Shown piece after piece: positions 1 through 10,417 of a DNA stretch of 64,000 nt. The position numbers and the translations under genes were made by a program. Positions within the stretch are counted from its first letter, which is position 1; each line of letters opens with the position of its first letter. Under the pieces are notes generated by a model. That model did not search any database. It was not told the origin of the DNA and saw only the letters and a list, made by a program, of their open reading frames with translations. This DNA is from an uncultured Sphingobacteriales bacterium (lineage in GTDB: Bacteria; Bacteroidota; Bacteroidia; CAILMK01; CAYYUA01), in the NCBI GenBank assembly GCA_964542585.1, contig CAZIUI010000001.1:185562-249561 (forward strand), written 5' to 3'.

Positions 1-1827
1 CGCCGGGTATTAGCCGTGGCTGCAATTCACAAGCGACAAGTAAAGGGCTACATTCACGATGAGTCCGCTACCGGGAAAACCTTGTTCATTGAGCCACAGG
101 AAACTGCTAATATCAGTAACGAAATTTTTGAGCTAAGACAAGAAGAAAAGCAGGAAGTTTATCGTATTCTCCGTGATTTAACCGATAAAGTTCGCCCCTA
201 TAGAGAAGCAATAACAGCTTACCAGCACCTGTTGGCAAAGCTTGATTTTTTACGTGCAAAAGCAATGCTTGGTCGTGAGCTGAATGCTAACCAACCTACC
301 ATAACGAAGGAACCAAGCTTAACCCTTCAGGATGCCGTAAATCCGATGCTATACCGACACAATCAAACGATAGGTCAAAAAACCGTTCCCGTCTCCCTAA
401 GCTTAAATGATGATAAAGGTATCCTGGTAATCAGTGGCCCAAATGCCGGTGGAAAATCGGTAGCCATGAAAACCCTTGGTTTAATTCAGATGATGGCGCA
501 AGCTGGTCTTTTGATACCAGCTGCGGCCACATCACAGATAGGAATTTTTACAAAACTTTTTGTAGATATTGGAGATGATCAATCAATAGAGAACGATCTG
601 AGTACCTATAGTTCCCATCTTAAAAACATGAAGCTTTTCACGGATAGGGCTGATGAGCGCACCTTGTTCCTGGTAGATGAAATGGGTACTGGCACCGACC
701 CCGAATTAGGAGGCCCCATTGCTGAAGCCATTCTGGAGCAGCTGAATGAGAAGCAGGCAATGGGAATTGTCACTACCCATTATACCAATCTAAAACTTTA
801 TGCAACAGAGCAACCTCGTCTGGAAAACGGGTCTATGGTTTTTGATAAAGCCAGCCTAACTCCTACTTATGAACTAGCAGTTGGCACTCCGGGCAGTTCT
901 TACTCATTTGAAGTAGCTAGAAATATTGGCTTTGATGAAGATATCCTTCAGAAAGCAGAACAAAAGGTTAAGCGCGAGTACCAACGGTTAGACGAGCTTT
1001 TGAGTGAACTGGAAAAAACCCAGTATGATGCAAGGCAAAAGGATGAGCAACTATCTCGCAAACAGCAACAATTAGATTCTACGCTTAAAAAACAAAAGCA
1101 ACTTTCCGATCAGCTAGAAAAGCAGAAAAAACAGTACTTGCTGGATAGCAAACAAAGTGCGCTTACCTACCTTAATCAGCTGAACAGGCAGTTTGAAAAC
1201 ATGATAAAAGAATGGAGGGAAAGTGAAAAGGCTGAAAAAGAAGAGAAGCGTAAGGCCATCAGTAAAAAAATACAACAGCAGCGCCATAACCTGGAAAAAG
1301 ATCTAGCAAACCTTGAAGGCCAGCTTGAACAAAAGTCTAAATCTGAAAAATCCCCGGAACAAAAGATTCAAGAGGGAACACCGGTCAAGCTTAAAGGGGG
1401 ACAACAGACCGGCAAAGTGGAATCCATGAAAGGAAAGAAAGCTGTGGTTATTTTTGATAACCTCCGAACAGAGGCCAACGTTAAGGACTTACAAACGGCT
1501 GAACCTGAAAAAGTTACAAGGGGTCAAGCCAAGGCCTCCTTTAGGGCTAAGCAACAGTTTGATTACCAAAAAATAGCACAGAGTTTCAGTCAAACCCTTG
1601 ATATCCGTGGCAATGATAAAGCCACCGCCCAACGGGAGGTAGAACAATGGATAGATAAAGCCTTACTGCTTAATCAGCAACAGCTTAAAGTACTCCATGG
1701 GAAAGGCGATGGTGTGCTAAGGAATGGCGTAAGGGAAAAGCTAAAAGAATTAAATGTGGTTAAAACTTACTACAGCGATTACCCTGAATATGGCGGAGAA
1801 GGTGTTACTTTAGTGGAACTAAACTAG
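1..1827 (+). CDS. mutS2: Endonuclease MutS2 (5' end outside the window)
   Basis: Frame is open from base 1 (RRVLAV...). Walker A SGPNAGGKS, DIGDDQSIENDLSTYSSHL, DEMGTGTDP, long coiled coil, KOW-like segment and C-terminal Smr domain (LDIRG...HGKGDGVLR...GGEGVT). Confidence 0.95.
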   Translation, partial: RRVLAVAAIHKRQVKGYIHDESATGKTLFIEPQETANISNEIFELRQEEKQEVYRILRDLTDKVRPYREAITAYQHLLAKLDFLRAKAMLGRELNANQPTITKEPSLTLQDAVNPMLYRHNQTIGQKTVPVSLSLNDDKGILVISGPNAGGKSVAMKTLGLIQMMAQAGLLIPAAATSQIGIFTKLFVDIGDDQSIENDLSTYSSHLKNMKLFTDRADERTLFLVDEMGTGTDPELGGPIAEAILEQLNEKQAMGIVTTHYTNLKLYATEQPRLENGSMVFDKASLTPTYELAVGTPGSSYSFEVARNIGFDEDILQKAEQKVKREYQRLDELLSELEKTQYDARQKDEQLSRKQQQLDSTLKKQKQLSDQLEKQKKQYLLDSKQSALTYLNQLNRQFENMIKEWRESEKAEKEEKRKAISKKIQQQRHNLEKDLANLEGQLEQKSKSEKSPEQKIQEGTPVKLKGGQQTGKVESMKGKKAVVIFDNLRTEANVKDLQTAEPEKVTRGQAKASFRAKQQFDYQKIAQSFSQTLDIRGNDKATAQREVEQWIDKALLLNQQQLKVLHGKGDGVLRNGVREKLKELNVVKTYYSDYPEYGGEGVTLVELN

Positions 1828-1860
1828 CTACCAAGGCTCAAAAATCCCTATTTAAGCGAT

Positions 1861-3327
1861 TTAGTTTACGCGTTCCTGGTTGTGGATCCAGGAAAATAAA
1901 CGCTCCCACCGAATACGGTTCCAAAGTTTCAGGGCGGGTCCACTTTTATCCCATGACATCCAAATAAAGAGCGCCTTACCCACAATGTGATTTTCAGGTA
2001 GTAATCCCCACATCCTGGAGTCGGCAGAATTATGACGGTTATCGCCCATCATGAAATAGTAGTCCATCTCAAACACATACTCCTCAACTTTCTCACCATC
2101 GAGCATTGCGCTACCATTTTTCCATTTAAGGTTATGATGTTCATAATCGGTGATCATCCGTTTGTAGTAGTGGTAGTTCCTTCGGGTTAATTCGATTGTA
2201 TCTCCCTTTTCAGGAATGTACACAGGTCCGTAATGGTCCCGGTTCCAAGGTAGCTTACGATAACTTGGATAAATACGGTGATCATATTTTCCCTTAGGCT
2301 GAGTAACCCTTTCCACCGACTGCACATAAGGCAATGATTCAACCCTTTGGGCTTTATCCTTCCCTATTATCATTTGGTATGTACCATTATCCCGGTTGAT
2401 CCACCATTTGCGGACGTTTAACTTATTATTGATGAAGTCGCGAGGGATAAACTGGCCATCCGTTTTTACTTTATAGGTGTACTGAAAAAGGTCATACTCC
2501 GGCGCAGGTTTGCCATTAACAAACACATCAGCTGACTTTATTTTAAGCGAGTCTCCAGGAATACCTATACAACGCTTGATGTAATTTTTACGCTTATCTA
2601 CAGGTTTGCTGAGTTCTCTTGGATAATTAAAAACCGTAATATCACCCCTTTCAATAGTCTCAAAACCTGGAAATCTGGAATAAGGCAACTTGACCCACTC
2701 CAAATAGGATTTGGTGCCTAGCAGGGGCATTTTGCTGTGAGCGAATGGAAATGAAATGGGGGTTTGGGGAACCCTTGATCCATAATTGACTTTGCTAACA
2801 AAAAGAAAATCCCCAACAAGCAGACTGCGCTCCATAGAGGAAGTCGGAATCGTATATGCCTCAATAAAAAAAGACCTGATAATAGCAGCCGCAATGAAAG
2901 CAAAACCAATAGCATCCAACCACTCTCGTGCTTGAGATCGCGGCTGACTTTCACGGTAAGATTCCGCCCTATCCGGACCTATGAAAATTTCAGAACCGGA
3001 AAATCCCAGGTAAATAAAATAAAAGGGTGAAAATAGAACCGTCAGCACATAGCTTCCGAAACTTAACTTACCAAAAACCTTGGCCATGTCCACAAGCATC
3101 CCTAAGTAAATCAGGACATTAATCACCGGCACAAACAGCAGAACAAACCACCAGATGGGCCGTCCCGTTATCTTTACCCATATCCAATAGTTGTAAATCG
3201 GAATGATAGCTTTCCACCCTGATTCACCAGCCTTTTTAAAAATCTGGTAAAGGCCAATAACCTGAAGTACCCAAAAGGGTAATAAATAAACGAATAAAAG
3301 GTAGCTGGATAAGGTATTTTCCATCAA
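1861..3327 (-). CDS. lepB: Signal peptidase I with N-terminal DUF5684-like membrane domain
   Basis: IPTSSMERSLLVGDFLFVSK (catalytic Ser), YIKRCIG (catalytic Lys), MMGDNRHNSADSR; N-terminal KAGESGWKAIIPIYN transmembrane module. Confidence 0.95.
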   Translation of the reverse strand: MMENTLSSYLLFVYLLPFWVLQVIGLYQIFKKAGESGWKAIIPIYNYWIWVKITGRPIWWFVLLFVPVINVLIYLGMLVDMAKVFGKLSFGSYVLTVLFSPFYFIYLGFSGSEIFIGPDRAESYRESQPRSQAREWLDAIGFAFIAAAIIRSFFIEAYTIPTSSMERSLLVGDFLFVSKVNYGSRVPQTPISFPFAHSKMPLLGTKSYLEWVKLPYSRFPGFETIERGDITVFNYPRELSKPVDKRKNYIKRCIGIPGDSLKIKSADVFVNGKPAPEYDLFQYTYKVKTDGQFIPRDFINNKLNVRKWWINRDNGTYQMIIGKDKAQRVESLPYVQSVERVTQPKGKYDHRIYPSYRKLPWNRDHYGPVYIPEKGDTIELTRRNYHYYKRMITDYEHHNLKWKNGSAMLDGEKVEEYVFEMDYYFMMGDNRHNSADSRMWGLLPENHIVGKALFIWMSWDKSGPALKLWNRIRWERLFSWIHNQERVN

Positions 3328-3334
3328 ATTGGTT

Positions 3335-4075
3335 TTATTTTTTACTAAGCCCTAGGTAATCTTCCATGGTAAAAATCCCGGACTTATCACTTACCCATTC
3401 AGCTGCTTTGACCGCCCCCAGTGCAAAACCCCTTCTGTTGTAAGCTTTATGCTGAATAGAAAGTTCATCAATAGGCGATTGGTACCGTACGGTGTGAGTT
3501 CCAATAGCTCCTTCTTCCCGGCTGTAGTAAACCGGAAAGGCATCTTGGTCTTTGCTGGCGGGGCGCTCACTTTGCTCCAGCTTTTGCCAATTCATTTTAC
3601 GGTATAACAGGGCTGTAATATGATCGGCTAATTTAGCCGCAGTTCCGCTTGGGGCATCTTGTTTCCCAGTGTGGTGGGATTCCAGGATTTCAGGCTCATA
3701 ATCCGCTTGATCATTCATTAGCCGCGCTAAGGCTTTGTTTACTTCAAAAAGCATGTTGACCCCAATACTGAAATTTGGAGCATAAAATAGCGTGCCGCCT
3801 TGTTGGCTACAATTTTCCTGTAAAGCAGGTAGTTCTTCATACCAGCCAGTCGTACCCACAACAATCGGTACTTGCTGCTGAAATGCTGACCGGATATGGC
3901 CAGGGGCTATGGCCGGTAAAGTAAAGTCGATAGCTACATCGGCTTTAGCCAGTTGCGACCCATCCGATAGGGCTAGGTTATAGTCAAATATCAGCGGTGT
4001 TTGATGCCCTCGCTCATGGGCGATTTGCTCCACTTCTTTCCCCATTCGGCCGTAACCGAGCAAAGCGATTTTCAT
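3335..4075 (-). CDS. dapB: 4-hydroxy-tetrahydrodipicolinate reductase
   Basis: GYGRMG Rossmann start, VVGTTGW, APNFSIG, ESHHTGKQDAPSGTA, GFALGAVKAAEW. Confidence 0.96.
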   Translation of the reverse strand: MKIALLGYGRMGKEVEQIAHERGHQTPLIFDYNLALSDGSQLAKADVAIDFTLPAIAPGHIRSAFQQQVPIVVGTTGWYEELPALQENCSQQGGTLFYAPNFSIGVNMLFEVNKALARLMNDQADYEPEILESHHTGKQDAPSGTAAKLADHITALLYRKMNWQKLEQSERPASKDQDAFPVYYSREEGAIGTHTVRYQSPIDELSIQHKAYNRRGFALGAVKAAEWVSDKSGIFTMEDYLGLSKK

Positions 4076-4791
4076 GGCGTAAGTTTTAATGAAATACCAG
4101 CCATAATGCCTGGCTGCTGTGCAATATTAGCGATTCTAGGAGAACGGACCGACATACTCAGGTCATCTGAGACATTAAAATCCTGTAAGTGAGCAAAAAC
4201 ATACGCATCAATAACATTAGCAAGATAGACTGCAACGGTTGATATAATGGAAAGCGTCCTATTCCGGCGGAAGGTTTCCCGGCCATCTTTCAAGGCTGCT
4301 TTACTGTAAAAAGGGGGATCATTGTCCGCCCTGTCTGTTGGATCAAACTTGTCAATGGTGGTACTATCCTGATCAGTGCGCAAGCGAAAAGCTTTTGCAA
4401 ATTCCTGGAAACGGTTGTTATTGCGGATGATAAAGTAAGTTGTGAGCCCCAGACCACCCCAAACCAGCGGAGCTTTCCATAGCTGGCCATTCTGGATTTG
4501 CCCAAAACCGGGTAGAATAGCTGATTGAATAGCTCTACTGCGGGCTTTTTTATTGACCAAGTTGGTCACGGAATCACTCTCACCCGGTGATGGCCTACTA
4601 GGCAGAGCCCTATCAGAGGTGTTTTTGTTAAGCGCACCAAGGATAAAGTCTGCACTTTTGTTAGGGCTATTCAAATTACTTAATTCTTGGCATTGGGCAA
4701 AGGAATCAATGCCTGGCATAAGGCATTGAAAACCAACGAGAAATATTATTAGCAAATGTTGAAAGCAATGTTGATTGAGAGGCTGCGTCAT
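4072..4791 (-). CDS. DUF5683-like membrane/secreted protein
   Basis: SAILPGFGQIQNGQLWKAPLVW and ANVIDAYVFAHLQDFNVSDDLS motifs; usual Bacteroidota position between parB and dapB. Confidence 0.75.
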   Translation of the reverse strand: MTQPLNQHCFQHLLIIFLVGFQCLMPGIDSFAQCQELSNLNSPNKSADFILGALNKNTSDRALPSRPSPGESDSVTNLVNKKARSRAIQSAILPGFGQIQNGQLWKAPLVWGGLGLTTYFIIRNNNRFQEFAKAFRLRTDQDSTTIDKFDPTDRADNDPPFYSKAALKDGRETFRRNRTLSIISTVAVYLANVIDAYVFAHLQDFNVSDDLSMSVRSPRIANIAQQPGIMAGISLKLTP

Positions 4792-4821
4792 GAGTACTCA
4801 GGAATAGGAAACTGAAAATCT

Positions 4822-5715
4822 CTAATCATCTGAATTGGATGAATTGATGATTTCAGAAAGTCTTTTTAGCTCTGCTTCGTTTTGAAAAGGAATGATCACT
4901 TCCCCTTTTCCATTCTTTTTGGCTTTGATTTTTACAGGGGTGTCATACAAACGTGCAAATTCCTGCTCCCATTGTTGATAATGATTTTGAGCTAAAGGTT
5001 GTTCAGATTTGGTTGTTTGCTTTTTAACCGCTTTCATAGATTTTACCAGCTCTTCTGTTTGACGCACTGATAAAGAGCGATCCTGGATGGCCCGGAAAAC
5101 TTTAAGTTGGGCTTCTTCATCATCAATATTAATCATAGCTCGGGCATGACCCATGCTTATTCGCTCTTCCGTAAGCGCAATCTGAACTTCATCGGGTAGC
5201 TTAAGGAGGCGAAGGTAGTTGGTGACCGTAGTTCGGTCCCGACTAACCCTTTCCGCTAAGTGATCATGGTTCAGGTTGCATTCTTCTACCAAGCGTTTGT
5301 AGCTAAGGGCTATTTCTACTGCATTCAGGTTCTCACGGTGGGTATTCTCTATAAGGGCCATTTCCAGCATATTCTGGTCATTGGCCGTGCGTATGAAAGC
5401 CGGCACATACTCAAGCCCCGCTTTTCTTGCGGCCCTGGCCCTGCGCTCGCCAGAAATTATTTCATATTGCTCCTGTCCTGCATTACGCAGGGTGAGGGGT
5501 TGGATCACCCCGTGAATTAGGATCGACTGAACTAGCGGATCAAGGTTTTCATCGGTTATATGCTCCCTTGGTTGAAAAGGGTTTGCTGCTATTTGGTCTA
5601 AGGGAACCTCCGATACGGTGTTTACTTTATGGGACTGCTCTTCCGATGAGGATTGCTCTGAATCGGACAATAGGGCCGTCAATCCTTTTCCTAAGGCCTG
5701 TCGTTTTGCACACAT
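4822..5715 (-). CDS. parB: ParB/Spo0J chromosome partitioning protein
   Basis: N-terminal LGKGLTALL, NPFQPR, GERRARA CTP-binding box, ENTHRENLNAVE, HTH region. Confidence 0.95.
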   Translation of the reverse strand: MCAKRQALGKGLTALLSDSEQSSSEEQSHKVNTVSEVPLDQIAANPFQPREHITDENLDPLVQSILIHGVIQPLTLRNAGQEQYEIISGERRARAARKAGLEYVPAFIRTANDQNMLEMALIENTHRENLNAVEIALSYKRLVEECNLNHDHLAERVSRDRTTVTNYLRLLKLPDEVQIALTEERISMGHARAMINIDDEEAQLKVFRAIQDRSLSVRQTEELVKSMKAVKKQTTKSEQPLAQNHYQQWEQEFARLYDTPVKIKAKKNGKGEVIIPFQNEAELKRLSEIINSSNSDD

Positions 5716-5754
5716 ATGGTTTTAAATCTCTCCTATTAGGGCTGAATAACGGGA

Positions 5755-6555
5755 TTATTTTGGTATAGCTTCCTTGTCAGGGGCTGTAGAATAACCATTT
5801 TTTTCGAGTATTTCCCGTCCCAAGGCAATATGGTTTACCGCCCCTTTGCTGCGGGCGTCATGTTGTAAGGCCGGCTTGCCAAAACTAGGCGCTTCACTAA
5901 GCCTAATGTTACGCTGAACAACGGTATCAAAAACAAGCTGTTGAAAATGCGTCCGTACCTCCTCCATAACTTGCGATGAAAGGTTCAAACGACCATCGTA
6001 CATGGTCAGCAATATCCCCTCGATCTCTAGCGTGGTGTTAAGGTTATTCTGAACGATTTTAATGGTGTTCAACAGCTTTCCTAAACCCTCAAGTGCAAAA
6101 TATTCACACTGAACCGGGACGATAACAGAATCGGAAGCTGTCAACGCATTGACAGTAATAATACCAAGCGAAGGCGAACAATCGATGATGATCATGTCAT
6201 AATCCCCGCGAATTCTGTCAATAACCTCCTTCATTTTGGATTCCCGCTCTGGCAGGTTAATCATTTCAATCTCAGCACCTACCAGATCAATGTGCGACCC
6301 CAGGAGATCCAGGTTATCGATTTCGGTGGAGTGAATGGCTTCCTTAGGATTAATATCATTAATGATGCACTCATAGATACTGGTTTCTACACTCCGCGGA
6401 TCAAAATTAAGACCAGAGGTAGCATTGGCTTGAGGGTCAGCATCTATTACTAAGGTTTTGTAACCAAAAGATGCCAAGCTTGCTGCCAGATTGATCGCGG
6501 TTGTTGTTTTTCCAACTCCGCCCTTTTGATTTGCTAATGCGATTGTTTTAGCCAT
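5755..6555 (-). CDS. parA: ParA/Soj ATPase
   Basis: ANQKGGVGKTTT deviant Walker A, DADPQANAT, IIIDCSPSLG, VQCEYFALEG, EAPSFGKP. Confidence 0.96.
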   Translation of the reverse strand: MAKTIALANQKGGVGKTTTAINLAASLASFGYKTLVIDADPQANATSGLNFDPRSVETSIYECIINDINPKEAIHSTEIDNLDLLGSHIDLVGAEIEMINLPERESKMKEVIDRIRGDYDMIIIDCSPSLGIITVNALTASDSVIVPVQCEYFALEGLGKLLNTIKIVQNNLNTTLEIEGILLTMYDGRLNLSSQVMEEVRTHFQQLVFDTVVQRNIRLSEAPSFGKPALQHDARSKGAVNHIALGREILEKNGYSTAPDKEAIPK

Positions 6556-6611
6556 TGACGATGATTTACTTATCGTGCTTAAATCTCCTAATCAAAGCTT
6601 TATAAAAAGTC

Positions 6612-7292
6612 TTAAACATCTTTAGCCTCCCCGATATTGATCAGGTGCAGGTTTTTACCATGGTCGCTGAAGTACCGCTGAGCATATTCGTGATCGATTT
6701 CAATGTAAGGGAAGGTATCATAGTGGATCCCTACAATATTCTGACAGTCAATAAAATCGGCAGCCTTAGCGGCATCTTCAATACCCATGGTAAAATTATC
6801 ACCGATGGGTAATAGCGCAAAGTCTAGGTTGAATTCTTCGGGAATTAGCTTCATGTCAAAAGTGAGTGCTGTATCTCCAGCGTGATAAAAAGTACCATCC
6901 CTTGTACTTACAACAAAGCCTCCAGGATTACCGCCACTACTACCATCGGGTAGGGTACTTGAATGAACGGCATTTACATACTTAACCCGCCCAAATGGGA
7001 AATCAGCTGCTCCCCCATGGTTCATGGGATAGGTGTTGTCTACACCTTTATTTCCTAGCCAACCTACAATTTCAAAATTGCTAATCACCCTTGCTCCCGA
7101 TCTTTTAGCAATATCCACAAGATCAGCCATATGATCTTCGTGCCCGTGGGTGAGCAAGATATAATCCGGGGAAATGGAATCAACATCAACATGAGCAGCC
7201 AGCTCATTGGGAGAAATAAAAGGATCAAATAAGACTTTGGCGTTACCGGCTTCAACTTCTAAGCAGGACTGACCATAATAACGTACTTGCAT
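6612..7292 (-). CDS. Metal-dependent hydrolase, metallo-beta-lactamase fold (UPF0173-like)
   Basis: THGHEDH metal motif, YHAGDT, LPIGDNFTMG, HYDTFPYI. Confidence 0.9.
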   Translation of the reverse strand: MQVRYYGQSCLEVEAGNAKVLFDPFISPNELAAHVDVDSISPDYILLTHGHEDHMADLVDIAKRSGARVISNFEIVGWLGNKGVDNTYPMNHGGAADFPFGRVKYVNAVHSSTLPDGSSGGNPGGFVVSTRDGTFYHAGDTALTFDMKLIPEEFNLDFALLPIGDNFTMGIEDAAKAADFIDCQNIVGIHYDTFPYIEIDHEYAQRYFSDHGKNLHLINIGEAKDV

Positions 7293-7365
7293 AAAAAAAC
7301 GAGCGCTTTTTTTCAGTTGATTCGTGCTTTCTTTGTAATAGCTAATATAGGTAATATTTGACCTA

Positions 7366-9033
7366 ATGGCAAAAAACCTTCTCTGCCTGATCTTGCTGGG
7401 GTTTCTTCTTTTATTAGGTTGCTCTGAGAGGGAACCTTATCCTGATAAGCAAGTTTTCCGTTTTAACATAGATGCCGGCTTTACGTCAATGGATCCCGCT
7501 TTTGCCAGGAATCAAGCTAATATATGGGTGACGAACCAACTTTTTGATGGGTTAGTGGCTCTTAATGACAGCCTTAAACCAGAACCTGCCATCGCCCACA
7601 AATGGACTGTTGACACTAGCCGGACCGTCTATACCTTCCATTTAAGGAAAGATGTTCGCTTTCATCCTCATAAAAGCTTATCAAATGCGGAATCCCGCAG
7701 GGTAAAAGCTGAGGATTTCGTGTACAGCTTCAATCGGCTTCTGCAGCAAAAAACTGCATCACCGGGAGCCTGGATCTTCAATGACAAAGTTTACATTGAT
7801 ACTTTAAATGGAAAACGTAGGGGAAGCTTTAAGGCCCTTAATGATTCAACCTTTCAGATACACCTCAAACAACCTTTCCCTCCTTTTTTGGGCTTACTAT
7901 CCATGCAGTATTGCAGTGTCGTACCCAAAGAAGTTGTTAACTACTATGGTGATGATTTTGCTCGCCATCCGATAGGCACAGGCCCCTTTAAGCTCTTTAA
8001 GTACGCTGAAGGTGAGCGCTTGATCATGCATCAGTTTGAGGATTACTACAAAAACGATAAGCAAGGAAGACCGCTACCCTATCTGGATGCAGCAGTTATA
8101 CGCTTTATACCTAACAAACAGAACGCTTTCCTGGCCTTCATGCAAGGCAAACTTGATCTTATATCCGGTATTGATGGGAGTTTTAAGGATAACCTTCTTA
8201 CACCGGATGGCCGCTTAGACCCTGCCTTTAAAGGAGATTTTCGCATGCAAAAAATTCCTTTTTTGAATACCGAATATTTGGGGATACAAATGGATAGCTC
8301 CGCCTATGATGATGCCAATCACCCATTAAAAAGTAGGAAAGTGCGCAAGGCATTAAATTACGGATTTGACCGCAAGGAAATGCTTAAATATCTAAGGAAT
8401 AATATTGGTAAACCGGCTACCAATGGTATGGTACCGCCAGGGCTTCCCGCTTTTGATACAAGTGCTGTAAAAGGCTATACGTATAAGCCCCGGAAAGCGG
8501 AAGCCTTACTTCGAAAAGCTGGTTATCCCCGGGGCCAAAATATGCGCAAAATAACACTTACCACCACCCCAACCTATTTGGATCTTTGCATTTTTATGGA
8601 AAATCAGTGGGCTGAACTGGGTATTCCTGTAAAGGTTAAAGTAGCTAAGCCTTCAATGCTCAGGGAAGCAATGGCTAATGCCAACAACCTTTTCTTCCGG
8701 GCATCCTGGATTGCAGATTACCCCGATGCTGAAAATTACCTTGCCCTTTTTTACAGCAACAATTTCACCCCGGATGGACCTAATTATACCCGTTTTTCTG
8801 ATCACGTTTGCGATAGTTTATACGAAGCCGCCTTCACTGCTCCATCCAGGGAAAAAAGGGAAGCTTTATACCACCGGATGGAAAACAGGGTCCTTGATCA
8901 AGCGCCTGTTATTCCGCTTTACTACGATGAGGTTATAAGATTAGTTCAGCCGAATATTAGTGGCCTGGGCAGGAATGCAAAGAACCTGTTGAACCTTTCC
9001 ACAGTACGCATCGAAAGGCAATCCGATTCATGA
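7366..9033 (+). CDS. ABC transporter substrate-binding lipoprotein, family 5 (peptide/nickel type)
   Basis: Lipobox LLGC; SMDPAFA, YTFHLRKDVRFH, PIGTGPF, WIADYPDAENYL. Confidence 0.9.
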   Translation: MAKNLLCLILLGFLLLLGCSEREPYPDKQVFRFNIDAGFTSMDPAFARNQANIWVTNQLFDGLVALNDSLKPEPAIAHKWTVDTSRTVYTFHLRKDVRFHPHKSLSNAESRRVKAEDFVYSFNRLLQQKTASPGAWIFNDKVYIDTLNGKRRGSFKALNDSTFQIHLKQPFPPFLGLLSMQYCSVVPKEVVNYYGDDFARHPIGTGPFKLFKYAEGERLIMHQFEDYYKNDKQGRPLPYLDAAVIRFIPNKQNAFLAFMQGKLDLISGIDGSFKDNLLTPDGRLDPAFKGDFRMQKIPFLNTEYLGIQMDSSAYDDANHPLKSRKVRKALNYGFDRKEMLKYLRNNIGKPATNGMVPPGLPAFDTSAVKGYTYKPRKAEALLRKAGYPRGQNMRKITLTTTPTYLDLCIFMENQWAELGIPVKVKVAKPSMLREAMANANNLFFRASWIADYPDAENYLALFYSNNFTPDGPNYTRFSDHVCDSLYEAAFTAPSREKREALYHRMENRVLDQAPVIPLYYDEVIRLVQPNISGLGRNAKNLLNLSTVRIERQSDS

Positions 9034-9109
9034 GTCTTCCCCCATTTACAGGAAATAGAATGATTAGCCATGACCTTGGGACTTACCATTTAAAGGGCCT
9101 TTTTAGTGT

Positions 9110-10417
9110 ATGATACAGTCACCTAAAGTACAAAATGCCTGGGCCTTTTATGATTGGGCCAATTCGGTTTATCCTTTGGTGATTACTAGCACCATTTTTC
9201 CCAAATATTACAACAGTGTTACCACTTCCGAGGGTAATGATATTGTTACTTTCCTTGGCCTGGAAATCATCAACACGGCCCTTTATGCGTATGCCCTTTC
9301 GTTTGCTTTCCTGGTGGTTGTAGTGATTGCTCCGTTTTTGTCGGGTATTGCGGATTATGGAGGTAAGAAGTTAGCGTTCATGAGATTTTTCGCATGGTTG
9401 GGAGCATTTTCCACGGCCATGCTTTTTTTCTTTAAGGGGCCAAATATTGTTTTTGGGATCACTGCATTTACCCTGGCCGGAATTGGTTTTTCAGGGAGTT
9501 TGGTTTTCTACAACGCCTACCTACCCGAAATAGCCCCGCCCTCCTTCCATGATCGTTTAAGCGCAAGGGGTTTTTCATTAGGCTATTTTGGAAGTGTTAT
9601 CCTGCTAAGCTTCAACCTCTGGATGGTACTGGCCCCGGCAACTTTTGGAATTGAAGCAAATAGCACCTTACCAGCGCGATTTGCATTTTTGAGTGTTGGC
9701 CTGTGGTGGTTCGGATTTTCATGGATACCTTTTACCTATTTACCCCGGAACGTTTATCGAAAACAACCACAGAATAAACTTATCTTTCAGGGCATCAGAG
9801 AGTTAAAAGGTGTATGGAAGGCAGTTAGGGTTATGCCTTACCTTAAAAGGTATCTACTTGCTTTTTTCTTTTACAGTGTAGGTCTTCAGACAATTATGTA
9901 TTTAGCACCAACTTTTGGTGCTAAAACCATTGGCCTAAGCAGCGGTCAGTTAACGGCAAGTATTCTTCTTATTCAGCTCGTAGCCATAGCGGGTGCTACT
10001 TTGTTTGCACGCTTATCCGGGATATTTGGGAATATCTCTACTTTGATGAGCATGGTAATTATATGGATGGGCATATGTACCGGCGCCTATTTTACAACCA
10101 CTCCTAATGGATTTTACGCCCTGGCTTTCAGTGTAGGATTAGTCATGGGCGGCACTCAGAGTTTATCACGGTCTACGTACGCTAAGCTCTTGCCTGAAAC
10201 CCGTGATCACGCGTCTTATTTCAGTTTTTTTGATATCACTGAAAAAATCGCCATCGTACTGGGAACCTTAGGATATGGCCTTATTGAATCCCTAACTGGA
10301 AGTATGCGAAATTCCGTAAGCTTTTTGATATTGTTTTTTGCAGCTGGGCTAGTAGCGTTATGGCGCTTATATACACTTTATCAAAGAAACATTGTAGCTT
10401 CTAAAAGCCAACGCTAA
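9110..10417 (+). CDS. MFS transporter, UMF1/Atg22-like family
   Basis: AWAFYDWANSVY start, about 12 hydrophobic segments, GGTQSLSRS motif. Confidence 0.88.
   Translation: MIQSPKVQNAWAFYDWANSVYPLVITSTIFPKYYNSVTTSEGNDIVTFLGLEIINTALYAYALSFAFLVVVVIAPFLSGIADYGGKKLAFMRFFAWLGAFSTAMLFFFKGPNIVFGITAFTLAGIGFSGSLVFYNAYLPEIAPPSFHDRLSARGFSLGYFGSVILLSFNLWMVLAPATFGIEANSTLPARFAFLSVGLWWFGFSWIPFTYLPRNVYRKQPQNKLIFQGIRELKGVWKAVRVMPYLKRYLLAFFFYSVGLQTIMYLAPTFGAKTIGLSSGQLTASILLIQLVAIAGATLFARLSGIFGNISTLMSMVIIWMGICTGAYFTTTPNGFYALAFSVGLVMGGTQSLSRSTYAKLLPETRDHASYFSFFDITEKIAIVLGTLGYGLIESLTGSMRNSVSFLILFFAAGLVALWRLYTLYQRNIVASKSQR

Noticed and set aside
4822-6555. parS sites or oriC near parAB
   Set aside because: I found no TGTTTCACGTGAAACA-like palindrome by eye. 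DnaA-box-like 9-mers (e.g. near 19534, 36158, 59191) are isolated and lie within genes.
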